Origin: Fimbriosthenelais zetlandica
Taxonomy: Eukaryota
Length of the DNA stretch: 64,000 bases
Assembly (NCBI GenBank): GCA_977030845.1
Contig: OZ365115.1
Coordinates: forward strand, 7,378,001 to 7,442,000
Reading direction: 5' to 3'
Within the stretch, counting starts at the first letter, position 1. Every line of letters begins with the position of its first letter. This document shows, one piece after another, positions 1 to 12,716 of the stretch. The notes beneath the pieces were generated by a model, which had not been told where the DNA came from, ran no database searches, and saw nothing but the letters and a program-made list of their open reading frames with translations. The position numbers were made by a program, and so were the translations under genes.

Positions 1-142
1 AACCTATATATAGATCCTACAATGTAATCTGTCATACCTAACAGAACCCCCGAAACCCCTCCAAACCCCTGTCCTGTAAATAACCAATATTACAGGGGCC
101 GAGTCCTTTATTATCTCAATGAAATACCTCTCGGGTACTGAC

Positions 143-477
143 CTGTGCTGCCACCTATTAGTGGAAAATGATCCTGCTCTACAATCATGTGACTTGACGT
201 CGTCATGGCCTCCACGCGTGACGTTAATTTCGTCACCACAGATACAGTGGCTATGGACCATTCTTTCTCATAGTCACTGGTGGATGACTTGATGATACTT
301 GTGACGGTTGATGTTAGGTATGGCGGTAACTCTGGTAGTGTGGGTAATGGTTTAAAGGTGAATGTTGGTCGGGTAGGACGTGAGGTTGACGTGGTTCTTA
401 CTCGGTAGTTTCTAGGTTGTAGCACACGTGACGTCACATTCAACCAGTAAGTGTCTTTTCTAAATACAAGCGTCGCT
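143..477 (-). CDS. Reeler-domain protein, third coding exon (Reeler C-terminus + Thr/Ser/Pro-rich linker)
   Basis: Acceptor ttttttgtttcag| in phase 2 (AT|A = I). ATLVFRKDTYWLNVTSRVL is the last Reeler strand, followed by a T/S/P-rich linker. Probable donor ACAG|GTCAGT at 143 (phase 1), so the gene likely continues left of the window. Otherwise the frame stops at 111-113. The family (REELD1-like, defense-protein-like or FRRS1-like) cannot be fixed without downstream exons. Confidence 0.88.
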
Positions 478-761
478 CTGAAACAAAAAAGTCCACAGTT
501 AGGTACCGTACCTTTGACTTGTTATATTCAATATTTCTCGTTTTTGACTTGATTTTTTCAAGTTTTCAAATTCTTTTGATATAAAGGCGACGTGACGCTT
601 TATGTGACGCATAATGAAAGCGTTGCATAATGTTATTATTATAGGCTATAACTCATTTGGTCCATAATGATTCATTAGGTTACAGGGGCGTAGGAAAAGG
701 CAGATCTCTCCCCCCTTCAACATTCTACCAGTCTTTACTACATTCTTGACGTAATACTTAC

Positions 762-993
762 ATAAAACGTACAGGGCCGTACTGCCTGTCGGGGGGCTTC
801 CAGGTAAATTCCATGTTCCATTTAGGTCCATTGTTGGCATGTGTAATGGTATCATTTTTCTCGGTACAGTCAAGGTAACGTGAATAAGGCGGTGGTTCAC
901 AGAAGGTTCCTATAGGTAACGTGACCACGTTACCAGGCGCGGCTCGCCGAACTTGTAACATAAATCCCACAAACGGCGTCCCTTGGATGCTCA
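762..993 (-). CDS. Reeler-domain protein, second coding exon (Reeler core)
   Basis: Acceptor tttccctttatccacag| and donor TTTAT|GTAAGT. Translation (V)SIQGTPFVGFMLQVRRAAPGNVVTLPIGTFCEPPPYSRYLDCTEKNDTITHANNGPKWNMEFTWKPPDRQYGPVRF fits the Reeler core FxGFxLQxR...GxF...LxC...THxN...K...WxPP...GxVxF. The phase-1 start joins the 41813 exon (G|TG = V). Confidence 0.93.
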
Positions 994-1072
994 CTGTGGA
1001 TAAAGGGAAAGAAATTAATATCTCTATACTTGGTCATGACAATTGATATCTGTGAAAGGGATTGATTGGGTA

Positions 1073-1158
1073 CAGTCTGTCCAAACTAAGTTGATCTGAA
1101 ACCACCATACATTTGTAGGCCTACTGTGGTTTCGGATCAACTTAGTTTGGACAGACTA
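1073..1158. mobile_element. 86-bp MITE-like inverted repeat, possibly Tc1/mariner-derived
   Basis: Arms 1074-1105 and 1126-1157 are reverse complements with one mismatch. The element is flanked by TA on both sides and begins CAGT. The loop contains GTAGGCCTAC. Confidence 0.7.
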
Positions 1159-2049
1159 TAGTTGTTTTATGTTCGGTCACTCAGAAATTCACTCTTTTCT
1201 GAAATGTCTGAAGAGTATTCCATATAGGCCTAGTAGGAATTATACTGTCGGGTTAAAACTTTTTTTAGACCTAAAAATGCAGCCTTTTTCCATTAGGTCC
1301 CCTGTAGGCTGTACTGTCAGCCATCTTTCTGGGCAACTCCAAAGAAGTTATCTTCAAAGGAATATAAAGCTTGACACAATTTACACCCCATGTCAATGGC
1401 TGGGGGCTGATATGGGATGTGGAAAGGTTTCTGTCCCATCTTTTTTTCAATAGCACCTCGCAGTCGTAACGCAGCCATAAAACTGTGATAGCCTGATGTA
1501 CGGGAGGGTAGTAGTATAGAGAGACTGACCTCTAGGTCAGGCTGGAGCGCGAGTAGTATAGGAAAAGTGCCCATCGGGTGAGGCTATCCTCAATTAGGAC
1601 GAAAAATGTATACTCTTACTCAGTCCTACAGTATATTCTCCAGTGCAGTGGAGGAGACTGCAGTGATTAATCAGGTTTTTTTCTTGACCGGACTGTAATG
1701 ATTTTCTGCTTTAATACTCTTATCTTTACTGATCCAATCAGTTCCCAATATATTGCCCGCCATAATATCGTTATATATAGATATCTGTATACTGGATATT
1801 TTCTCTGTGGATTTTCAAATGCCAATAGGTAGGCTACATGAAAAATCTTTGCTAATGATTTTTGTGATGTTTATCATCATTTCATTATTTCTTGTCATGT
1901 TTTCCTAGAAACTTTTTGAGACTTCTATAATAGGCGAGATAGTTACTCTAGATGGAACCGTAGCCTCTCTAATAAGATGGATCAGTGTCTTAGAATGAGG
2001 AATATTAAGGAGTGGATTTGGAAGATGATTGACTATATGTCCCATGATG

Positions 2050-2420
2050 CCCACCAGAAAACAAAAGTTACCACATGGACCAGCCTAATGAGGGATTGGG
2101 TGTGGTGGGGGAGACTGAGCGGATTATAAGCATCAGTGGCTTTTTTTATGAATCTCTCAATGACCATTATCAAATTCCCAGCCTTTGACCGGATTATTTT
2201 GCAAAAACTATTCATGGTCCTACCACCCAGCCCTGGCTGCAATATCAGAGAAAAAAGATTTCTGTACGATTGTTTGACTTATACACACTACACATAATTT
2301 ATGATAATTGGAATATTGATGAAGTACCAAGCCAGAAGTAAAGCTTTATTATAGTCCTTCCAGACCCGGGGTATTCTTGTCATTGGGTGGTGGGGGAGAT
2401 AGATATAGCCCGGGGCCATT
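2050..2420 (-). mobile_element. Two short decayed LINE RT fragments
   Basis: KKATDAYNPLSLP and SISPTT resemble the K..NYRPISL(T)P motif. Two similar TGGGTG(T)GGTGGGGGAGA words occur at about 2097 and 2385. Confidence 0.25.
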
Positions 2421-3829
2421 AGCAAGTCGATGTATGATGATTTAAGACGGTGGAGACATCACGTGATCGACGAGACCCTTAGGACAGCGTCTCGTGGTGA
2501 AGAGGAGTTGTAAAACCGAATGAAAATCTCAGCTTGATGGAAAACGATCCTAAACGATATAGGTCAATGGGAAAAAACGGCGATTATCACGCCGACACGG
2601 CTCTGCTACTTACACGTTCATTACTCTAAGTTTGTTATTACTGTTTTTCTTACGTATAGATACTCATCTGTATACACGAACTCAATCAAAAGTTGCTGAG
2701 TCTTGCCACGAACTTTTTGACAAATCGATCAGTGCAGGAGATGGTTTGTAATAGGGCCTATTCGTCCTCAAGTCTGGGTCTTCCTCCTGATAGTTAGCTT
2801 CATAATTATATTTAGCTCGAAATTATTCCAAAAATCCCGACTATATTGTAGGCATAATTATTAATGATTTATGAATGCCAAAGTTCCCTGATAATTCAGG
2901 GGTAGACCTCACATTACCCCATACTTTCACTGAACTTTCCTGTCGTATAAATATAGCTTGTCCCAAAACTTAGAATATTTATAGAAGTGTAATACAGCTA
3001 ATTTAAGTGGACAGTGATAATGAAAATAGATGTGATATTTGCTGGTCAGTTTAACCTTTTAAATTCAAAGATGTGAACTTTGTGACTCACGTAAGTGAGA
3101 AGCACTTGTTCACCTCGTGCATGGTAGTAACAATGCCATATAACCGCCTCAACAATGACCTGAGGGAAACATGCGCACCATTACCTGCCAGCTTACCTGG
3201 GAGACATGACAGACAGTTTATTGAAACCGGTTTATGAGTGCAATATTTCGGGCCATATCTGTTTATGATAACCAGTTTTGCTTTCGGTTCTGTCATAAGT
3301 GTCACCGAATGTCCCTGGCTCCGGTAGCTTCGACATTAGAGCTCATGTTCAGATATGCCTTATGATGCCCTAATGGCTAAGTTATGACGCATTGTGTGAT
3401 ATGTTTACTGGTACATGTTCTACCTCCAGCCACCATGGGGTGTTGTATTACCCTTTAAATCTCATTTTTACGCCATCTTGCGCCCCCAGTGTATAGTACC
3501 AAAATAGCCAGACAAATCACGCCATGTTTTGTCACTTTCTATGGCAGTTGTAGATTCATTACTCTGAGGCACTTCTTAAATAATAAATTCCTGTTTCGAA
3601 TGAACCCTATGTTCCTGCAGCTGAGGATATCAGACATTTCTTGTGTGTGAGAGGAAAATTAATTCATGTCAACCGTGAAGACATGTTTCCAAATTCTTTG
3701 GGCCCAAGGCTTTTTTTGTAGACTTTTTCAGTTTCTGGGCAGCCACCGTTTAAATAGATTATTCTAGGAGATAACATCTCCAAACTTGGTTTTTAAACTT
3801 GGCTGGAATATCAATCCTATTGGATGAGT

Positions 3830-4730
3830 ACTCATGAATACTTACGGAAGAAGGGACTGCAGGACAATAGCAGCTTCTCAGGCGTCTTTCTATCGCCTTT
3901 TAACTTTAAGCTTATAATTGTCAAGGATTACCACCTGTGCCATGCCTTTACACCCACCGTGTTCAGAATTTCTAAATCGCATGTCCAAATCACACGCCCG
4001 TGGAATTCTTGTGGGTGGACGGCCACAGCTGTCCACCTCTCTAGGTTAATTGCCACTGCTTTGCCTAAATGAGAATAAATGTCAGAGGCTATATGGCTTT
4101 ATGTGGGTAAAGAGCCCATAGCTGAGCAAGTGATAGATTCCCTACAAATGTTACCCAGACTGGTTAAGACTAGGGCTTGCTTGTCCTCTTCTAATTCATC
4201 CATCAAAGGGTCAGCTTAGAGCTAAATGAGCGGCAGCCGGTGAGAGACACAGGTTGTAGATGGGTCTGACCCATTGACCCACCAACCTTAGACTTCCATC
4301 ACCTATTGGGCTGGCATATTAACTCCAAGGGGCTAGAGCTCTGAGGCACATTCGTACCAACTTCATTCGCCTGAGTGACTATTTTTCAAAATTAATTCCC
4401 CAGAAGGGAATAGTTAGTCTTTAATCTCTGTTTCAAAATTAGAATATTCTTTATGGTAATCCAGGATTTGGACCGACAATTTCCGACAAAAATAGCAAAA
4501 TTAAATTTCAAAATTTGAAGGAAAAATGTGTTTAGATTCGATATGCCTTATGTTTTCTCTCATATAAGTGTCCCTCCACATTCCCTTCCCCAATGGGGGT
4601 ATACTTATGGAATCCTTAAGTAGCAACATACACTATCAGTACCACATATGTGGTTGTACGGTCGCCCCTTGTGCAGGATTCCAATTGGAAGCTTGGGGAC
4701 CCAGGTAAATCTATACTCCCACCCACTCTG
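3830..4730 (-). mobile_element. Decayed Penelope-like RT fragments (two pieces)
   Basis: CKGMAQVVILDNYKLK..LKGDRKTPEKL (about 3830-3990) resembles ADKGxxxVILD..Y..LLxD..TYxKL. RFTWVPKLP..RP (about 4610-4730) resembles FYGLPKIHK..LRP. Interrupted and out of order. Confidence 0.25.
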
Positions 4731-5629
4731 TCCAACCTTACTGCAATTAATTAGTCCCAGAGTAAGTGTACATATCACTTGGTAAGATGAGCCACGGTTC
4801 ATTACATTAATGGGAAAGTGGAAGATTAGATCAACAAGAGGGTGGGGGATGGGGAAGTGTCGGAAAGGAAAGATGTGGGTAGGTGAGTGGGAGACATCCT
4901 ATATACCCTATCATATACTGAATCTACACTCTACCCCACAACCCCCCATCCTGAGATGGCTGCTGCTCATGATGATCAGACTGCTGTGGTGGGAGGAGTA
5001 GGGACGGTTCTGGAAAGTTTATAGTTATTGGCTGTCAAGATAGAACTCTGAGTCTAATCCTTCCGGAAGCTCATATACTCCATGTTCAGCTTCAGTTTCC
5101 CTTTCAATATGAACAGTACTTATAATGCAGAGTTTATTCTTTATTCCCTTCAAAGTTCCTCATATTTATGTCAGACCCCTCTCATATATTTTAGTTTCGA
5201 TCATTTAAAGGTCTGTATTGCTGTAAGGTCAGATGAATGAAAACTATTGTTAATCATTCAGTATTTTATTTGCACAAACTTTAAATTATTTTTTACCTTA
5301 ATATTCCACTAGTCAGTCGCACAGCAATTCATCAGTGTGATGATTTCAAAATTTATTGGTTCAAATTGCCAGATTCGTCCTGCTCTCAGCCATTTGATAA
5401 TCAAAAATATTAAGGGACTTCAGTGTAAAAATGTACTTAATGTCCCAAACGTCTCCATCCTTCTCAATGTAATACTCATCGGAGTGTAAACGCTACAAAT
5501 AATCCCAATATCTTAATCTCTTCTGTCATGGACCAGAATCCAAATACATGATTGATATCATTTCTTTCATATCCTTCTCTTAAAAACATCTTACTTACTC
5601 ATACCTAAATTACTATTCCCAAATGGTTA

Positions 5630-5900
5630 AGAAGTTGACTGGGGACGAAGGAGGCGACCTTATTAAACTCTGTGTTTAAAGAAGCGCTTAAAGACTGAGG
5701 CAATCATTTCTACAGGGAGATGGAAGAGTCATTGACCCGGATTGTGAGAGCAACTCAGTAAACTAACCATGTCCCTTTGGCCCCTTTGAGCTGCAGTAAA
5801 GGAGCAAACTTTAAAAAAAGGTTGCCTGTGAAAGATGAGTTTCTCTAGTCTCTCCTGTAATTTCAAACGCTCAGGTGATGTTCAAGGGACCCACTGCTTT
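5630..5900 (-). mobile_element. CR1/L2-like LINE, 3' end of ORF2 (relic)
   Basis: The minus strand gives LQERLEKL, KGHG, TIRVN and LPVEMIASVFKRFFKHRV in the order of the CR1 tail YEERL..L / TRGH / RVVN.WN.LP.EVV.A..FK.RL. Frameshifted with stops. Confidence 0.55.
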
Positions 5901-6999
5901 CAATCATTTGGGTGAAAGGCCATGGAAGTATTGGATTTTAATTCAGCTCTTCTCCCTGCCCCTATGGCAAGTCACAGATGCTCTTGTGAATCCAACTTCA
6001 GAGCTCTGATGGATTTCTTTCTTTCATACTTTTATTTTTTCTCCCATGTCAGTTGTTCGGATTTTTTAACCTTTTTCTGCTAAAGTCCACGTAGCCTCTC
6101 TTACTTCCTTGTTTTGTATACCTTCTCTTCTGAATCTTACCATTTCCCCTCATTTTCCTTTCGTTTTCAGCTTCAGCAATAAGCCTTTCACCAGATAATC
6201 GTTAATAATTTGTTTTCTCAGAAAGATGAGATCGATGTGATAAACAGCCGGCATAGTCACGTCTCTGGTGAGTATCTTGTTTTTTTTTCAAACATAAATT
6301 GAACTTGTGATAGTTTCCCATAGTGTTAAACGGATTATGAACTTTATGCTCTGTTTCTTTTAAATTTCTCAGAGTTAAACAGATTATGAGATAGTAGATC
6401 TTTATGCGCATAATCTTATCCAGACTATAAGAAAGTGCTGTTTGTACCACAACAGTTTAATGCTGCACATGAGTGCTGTAAGCTATTTGTCATCCAGATT
6501 TCTTTCTTTATTCAGTGAAGCCTTATGCCGAGTTAAGGCCTGAATGTGAATGTGTTTACGACTCGGGTGTGATGGGGGAGAGACTATCCCATTTTTGTTG
6601 GGCTCTTGCATTTTAGAATGGTGTTATGGCAGAATTCAAGGCCTAAATGGCTTAAGTCCATCCACTGAGGTAACTCCCACCTCCCCCTCCTGCCCCTCCT
6701 TGTCCCACCTCCTCACCTGACAGTGTTTTCCAGATGTCACGAAATGGGTTTGTTTGGTTCTGGCTTTAGCAAATGGCGCCTCGGAGCAGGGGAGAAAATT
6801 GCTGGCTTTTAAGGTAAATGAGTGAGGATGAGGAGGAGGGGATTGGGAAAAATTGTCGAGAGAAGTGGACATGTGAAAATGTGGAGCCAGGAAAGTTGTG
6901 CTGGAAGAGTTGGATTGGAAGGGAAATAATCAAGACATAAAGATGCTTGCTTCAGAGCCATGATTCCTCATTTTGAAAAAAAAATGAATTAAAAGATTT

Positions 7000-7500
7000 G
7001 GAGCAAATGATCTGCTAAATATGGTATATTATAAGTTGATTGTTCTGGATCTTTAAAGCCTGTAATAAAGCTGAAAACGATGATTTAGGTTGTAGAGCGT
7101 TAAAAGCCGCTTTAGAGGTCATTATAGGATGATTCCACCAAGCCAATGATAATTAGAAAGTGGCAGAGCAGGTGTGGAATAAATAATATAGATTCCACCC
7201 TCAAGCCTTTAACTGCTTTATTATTGCTTCATTTTGTGCCCGCCTCAGCTTGTTTTACGGTAAGGCCTCTCACGAGGAATCCTAATATAACATCAGTCTT
7301 ACCAGCAATAGGACATCTGCTCCCACCGCATTACTCAACTAAAGCAAAACCTAACACTCTAGCCACTAATATACTGTTAAAGAACATTCCTGGCCCTAAC
7401 ATTAATGGGTCTTGTAGTGTTAAGGAGAGATTTCAATGAGAAGTTCCACACCTGGCAAAGGTGACCTGGCACAATCAAACGGGAGGAGAGAACCCTACCT
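7000..7500 (-). mobile_element. Ty3/gypsy reverse transcriptase relic
   Basis: Motifs are colinear across frameshifts: LPFD (LPFG), PGMFFNSILV (YLDDILV), SRCPIAGKTDVILG (KCxF..V.YLG), FIPHL (KFIPNL), AAFNALQ (AF..LK), KDPE (YDP). Confidence 0.5.
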
Positions 7501-9989
7501 ATCAATAACTCAATGGTCCACCACTATATATAACACATTGATGAAGAATTAATTAAACGGAGGGACAGCAGCAGACCAGTTTTTACTGACCTTCATTGCT
7601 GACCATTTCAAAGGTCATTCATTGCATTTTAAAATACATTTTAAATATCTAATATAGTTTGGATAAAGCATCAGGTAAGGGATTCTCATATCTAAATTTA
7701 ATATTTTATTAGTCATGAAAAGATACATGTACACCCAATCAGAATGTTATGGGCAATGCGTTCTTGCACTCAGGCACATAATCATGCTGTATCTAGACAT
7801 TTTTTCTGGACCTAATCTTGGGGGTATATATACTGTCTGGCTCTCCCTTAATGAAGGTGTTGGGCAGCTGTTTCATTCTCTCCCTCCAGACCACCCCACT
7901 TATCCTCTCCACCCCCTCCTCCCCACCGCCCCCACCTCCCTCTCACTTCCATTACCCCTAGCAAGCCTCCAACCTTCCCCTGCCTCATAAGGCGCTCTAA
8001 AGCTGTCAGCCTTGCTAGAATTCCCTGCTCGCCCGTGGAGGAAGTTGATAGAGGTAGTTGGTGGAAGTTACAGGTCTCCGTTGGGTTGTGGTCGGCCTGT
8101 TGACCAGGGCAGAACACCAAAAAGAGAGGAAGGAGGAGGAAGAGATGTATGGAAAGATGGGGACGAATGAGATCTGAAGGAAGGGGAATGGGGGATGGAC
8201 GGGAATGGGATGGACGGGTATAGGACTCGATGGAAAAATCAAAATGGTGATGCGTCTGACACAAAGTGGCAAAAAAGATATTGGTAGTAAATTATATATT
8301 TCCCCTCTGCATCTAAGCAGGATGAATAGGGAAGAGAGAGTAAGGGGAACTTGCACTGATTGTTTCACTTTCTCTTATTTAATTCTCGAGTTCTTTAAAA
8401 GCTCATTCTGAGAGAAAATTGAATGTAACATACAGAGAGAAAGCATTGTGATGGATAAGAAAAATGATTGTACTGCAACAGGAAGAGACTTGTGTGTTGA
8501 GGGCGCCTGAAGGTAGAGAGGAGCTAGATGGCGGGTGTTGGGTGGTGAAGTGGAGGCCAATGAGCGCTATCCCTGCCTCCTGGGTACCTAGATATCAGCT
8601 TTAAGCTTCACTTAACCAAGCCTGCAAAAGCCAATTGGTGTCAAGGGAAGAGATCATCATAGAATCTAAATGGATTAGTGCAGTAACTTCCAGCCCAGAC
8701 TCACACAGGCAGTCTGTCCTCTTCAAATAAACAGTCTGGCCTCGAGGGACTGTGAGCCATGCAGCCAACTCACCAACCGGAATGTTTGGTTAAAATAGGC
8801 AAAATGTTAGTTCTGTTTACAGTTTTATATAAAGCAACAAATCGTACATTGAGCCCATAATTATAACAGCAGCATCACAGGAGTCGATTTCAGGGGGTGT
8901 CCGTGGGTCCAAGAGCCTTAAAAATCAAGACGGACCCCGAAAGACACCCGACTCTCCCCTAGATCTGAATCAAAAGTAAGGAAATCAAATGATAAGTCAA
9001 ATCCCTCAAATCCCTAAATCGTTTAACTTAGGCCTCCAGCTGACTCCCCAAAATTGGCTTTAAAATCTTCACTAATACAGGAATATGTCAAGTTCATGTT
9101 TCCTGTTAATAATGAAATTTACAGCCTCTGTCCTTGCAATGTGCAAATGCGTTCGTTCTTTCTCCCTTCCCTGTCTCCCATTCATCTTACTTTTGTAAGA
9201 AATTAATGTATGCCTCGGCATTATTCCCCGAGACAATGAACTCGGCGCAGGAATGTGAGACGGCTCCTCTCTGCTGGAATTTCTGCCATTTCCATTGACC
9301 TCATCAAACTTGAGAGCTGGCAAGGCAGAAGAGACAAGAACTCTCCCCTCGGCGTGGCTGAATGAATAAAAATGCCAAGATCCATTGGTGAATATTCCCT
9401 CTTCTTGATTTCCTCTTAAAGTACACATGGTGGCGCAGAATCGCCTTCAAGGTTATAACAAGCGTTGGTTATTAGCTTTGGTTATTAGCTTTCTCAAGGT
9501 TTGTTTGATTGAGGTGAGGCAACTGGAGGTGTTTTGCAGTTGGAGATTTGGATGAGTGCCAGGAGGCGAAAGGAATTAAAGGTAACGATCTGTGGAGTGA
9601 GGCGCTTGATTGTGAAGTGAAACTGAGTAGGCTGGTGTGTAAGAGTTCACCTCTAGGTTTCTAAGCAACACAGGTCATTGTACCTTCTTGAAAGTGAATA
9701 ACAAAATTTCAATAACAAAAATAGATGGTTTCTTTTCTTGGAAAGGGAAAATCGAAAACCAAAGTCTCCTGTATTTATTTTAAAATTAGGCATGGAACAA
9801 ATCTTGTACATTGTACATAGATCTCAACTATTTCTAGAAATATTGTGGATAGTTGACAATATTTGAAACTTGCACACTGCACTTAACGCTGTGATGCTCA
9901 CTTGTTCCTAACCCACGGCCCATGATGTGGCCAGCTAATATTGAACACCATTCCTGCAAGCCATGTTATCAGTGGTAGAGGCTCCTTGT

Positions 9990-10330
9990 GATCTATTGGC
10001 TATATAGAAAAGAGCAGCCACAGACTTCAGCCATTCCTGGCCCACTCTGGCTTCCTGATATGAATCGGCCAGCTTTGATGTCCATCCCTATAATCTATAG
10101 CGGGAACGTCCAGGCAAGACTCCAGCCAAAGATGCATGGGTTAACAGTGCCAGGTCCATGGGCCAAGTCATCTCCGATCAACTGGAGGTTTGATTCCTCA
10201 AAGTTACAATGAATTCTGGCAAATAATGAACATAAAGAATTTGTTTCCAAAAACAGATGTTTAGAAAATAATGTGTGGGAAGCACTTGTAGCTGACGTAG
10301 ACAGGTAGAGGTATAGGGCGGTGATTGCAC
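9990..10330 (+). mobile_element. Ty3/gypsy integrase relic
   Basis: WLPDMN...LQPKMHGLTVPGPWAK resembles YWPGMN...QKEPL.P..VP.RPW.K. LVADVD further on resembles LVSDNG. Catalytic residues are not intact. Confidence 0.35.
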
Positions 10331-11870
10331 CAGACCACCTGTGATTCATCTCGGCTTGGTAGGCATGTCAGGTATGGATTGGGGTTCATTTTTTTTCCTC
10401 CAGTCACTTCTCATTCCTCCTCCTCCCCTGCCATCTACTTGAGCCTTGTTCGGTGAGATATTTATCACTTCTCCACAGCTCAAGTGAGGGTCTGCTGCTG
10501 AATTAACCCCTAAGAAACCTTCTCATTCCGTATGCGGTTGCCCACCTTGGTTTGCCCTTTATTTAAAATCCTTTCTTTGAGTGTACTGTCTTCTTCACAT
10601 TTCTCAATTTCTCCTCTTCCCCATCTTTCCCCTCGGACAAGTCCCTATTTTCCCATTTCTGGCCCTTCATCTACCTACATAAGTACTTCTTCGTCCAGAT
10701 TCCCCGCCCCATCTCCCCCATTTTCGGGTTTCCCACTGTTAGTTGGTTTTTCATTTCGTCCTCCACCATCTCATCTGTTCTTCCCATTAACTCTACGTCT
10801 CGTCTTTTTAAGTTGAAATAGAGAGAAGCCCTACACTTGCCTTAACGGTCCTCCCTAGCTCCGCCGCTTTTTTTCAGCCCAGCCTGACAGTCTGAGCAAT
10901 TCCATGTATTGACTCTGTCAGACGATGTTTGACTTGCTCATTTTATTTTTTTGTACTTGTCCTGGCGCCAATATTTTTAGTCTGTCATCAAACATTTTGC
11001 CATCAGAAGAAATTTCTGTTTTTCCTGTTCGGTATTGTCCGCCCAGTTGAAGAGGGCCTTTATCTTTTGTTGTAGATGTTTTCCTGCCCCAATTGGGCCT
11101 TAATTCCCCCGCTACACGTAATGAAGGGACTCATTTTTAACAGATCCTTCTCACATGTGTGTTTGAATCCCAGGACTAAGTGACGTCATCGACTAGTCCG
11201 ATAATACAAAGCGAAAAAACGACCCGAACAGGCTGTCACACTTTGTAGATAAATGCACCGTAAAAGCATTTTTACGACATACTGTGGAATCTAAGCTGGC
11301 CTTTTTTATCACACAATAAAACTTTAGTTGATGTAGCTGCTGATTGCCCCACAGTAAAATAATAAAATCTGACATCGGAAATTGTGAGAAGTTAGAAATG
11401 CACATTTTGTCATTGCAATTCTTTCCCTCCACCTTCATATTTGGCTTGTAATAATTCGCGTTTAGAAGTCTTGCAAAAGGTTCAAAGAGACATCATACTC
11501 TATAGATATATTCAATATACCCAGTTTGGAGTTACTTTACATAGAAGGCAAAGGGCTTTTGAAGAAGAATATGGACGTTGGTATAGATCCAATCTCTATT
11601 GTATATGGTAATGAAGGGTCTCTGTGCACATAGCCTTTCTTGACTGGGACATGTACAATTTATGGGACTGTGGACTCAGGGTGGACATGGGACCATGTAG
11701 GTGGCCACTGGGGGGTGGGCACGTGTACACGAATACAGGCTGACTAATAGATCATAACATAGAGGGGTCACTCCAGTACCATCACTGTCATAGCAGGCCT
11801 ACTGCACAACGTCTCACTCAAAAACACTACTGTATTATACTTATGTTATACAAGGTATTGAAAACACGGT

Positions 11871-12130
11871 ATAGACGTTTAAAATTAATGCCATCAGAAA
11901 TTTAATATAGCAGTAATCTACCATTATTTAATGCAGGGAATAGACGTTTAATATAGCAGTAATCTACCATTACTTAATTAAGGGAATAGACGTTTAATAT
12001 AGAGGTAATCTACCAGTAATATAACCCTAACCCTCTACCAGTATTTAATGCGCAAAACAGACGTTTAACATAGCGGTAATCTAGCAGTATTGAATGCGGG
12101 GAATAGACGTTTAATATAGCGGTATTCAAT
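11871..12130. repeat. 46-bp minisatellite (about 5 degenerate units), one unit carrying a 25-bp insertion
   Basis: The core TAGACGTTTAATATAGCAGTAATCTACC recurs at 11941, 11987, 12058 and 12104 (spacings 46, 71, 46), with a partial copy at 11871. Confidence 0.85.
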
Positions 12131-12716
12131 GTGGGAACCACTTTTAAATAGATTATTGGGAAAAGATTGCTTTATAAGGGTTAATAAAATAGCTCACCAG
12201 GGAGACATTATTCATTCCAAGCTGATTGTCCCCTGGTATAGCTTGCTTATGAAGTCTATACATTCTGTTAAGTGTAGATAGAAAGTTGTTAATTACTCAA
12301 GATCCGAGCTCTAGCTGGTATATTGGATAATGACAAAAGTGTTCTCCTCCATTACCCTATATTGATGGTCAAATATGCCCGCCTCCCCTCCGTGTTTACG
12401 GAAGTCTCTGCACTATTAAGCAATCTTGATGGCTCATCTTACATCAAAGCCTGCTTTCTGTTGTGCACTTCAAAGAAAAGGAGAGAAATAAAACAACATC
12501 CATTGCTGCGACTATCAGCTTAGCTCAAGAAGCGTTCCACATGAGTGAGTATAAGTGGTAGCAGTCATGGACCATTGTTTTATATGGGGAGATCTAAAGG
12601 GGAGTGGCAAAGAGCGTAAACACTCACATGTAACAAGATTATGGTCTCTAGATACTACACGGAGTGAAGCAGGTCTGTTTGATGATACTTGATGCGTGGC
12701 TTGATAAGATGGCTAT

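Noticed and set aside
7900-8220. Opposed C-rich and G-rich tracts able to form G-quadruplexes
   Set aside because: Ordinary low-complexity sequence seen several times in the window (for example 44690-44760), with no sign of specific function.
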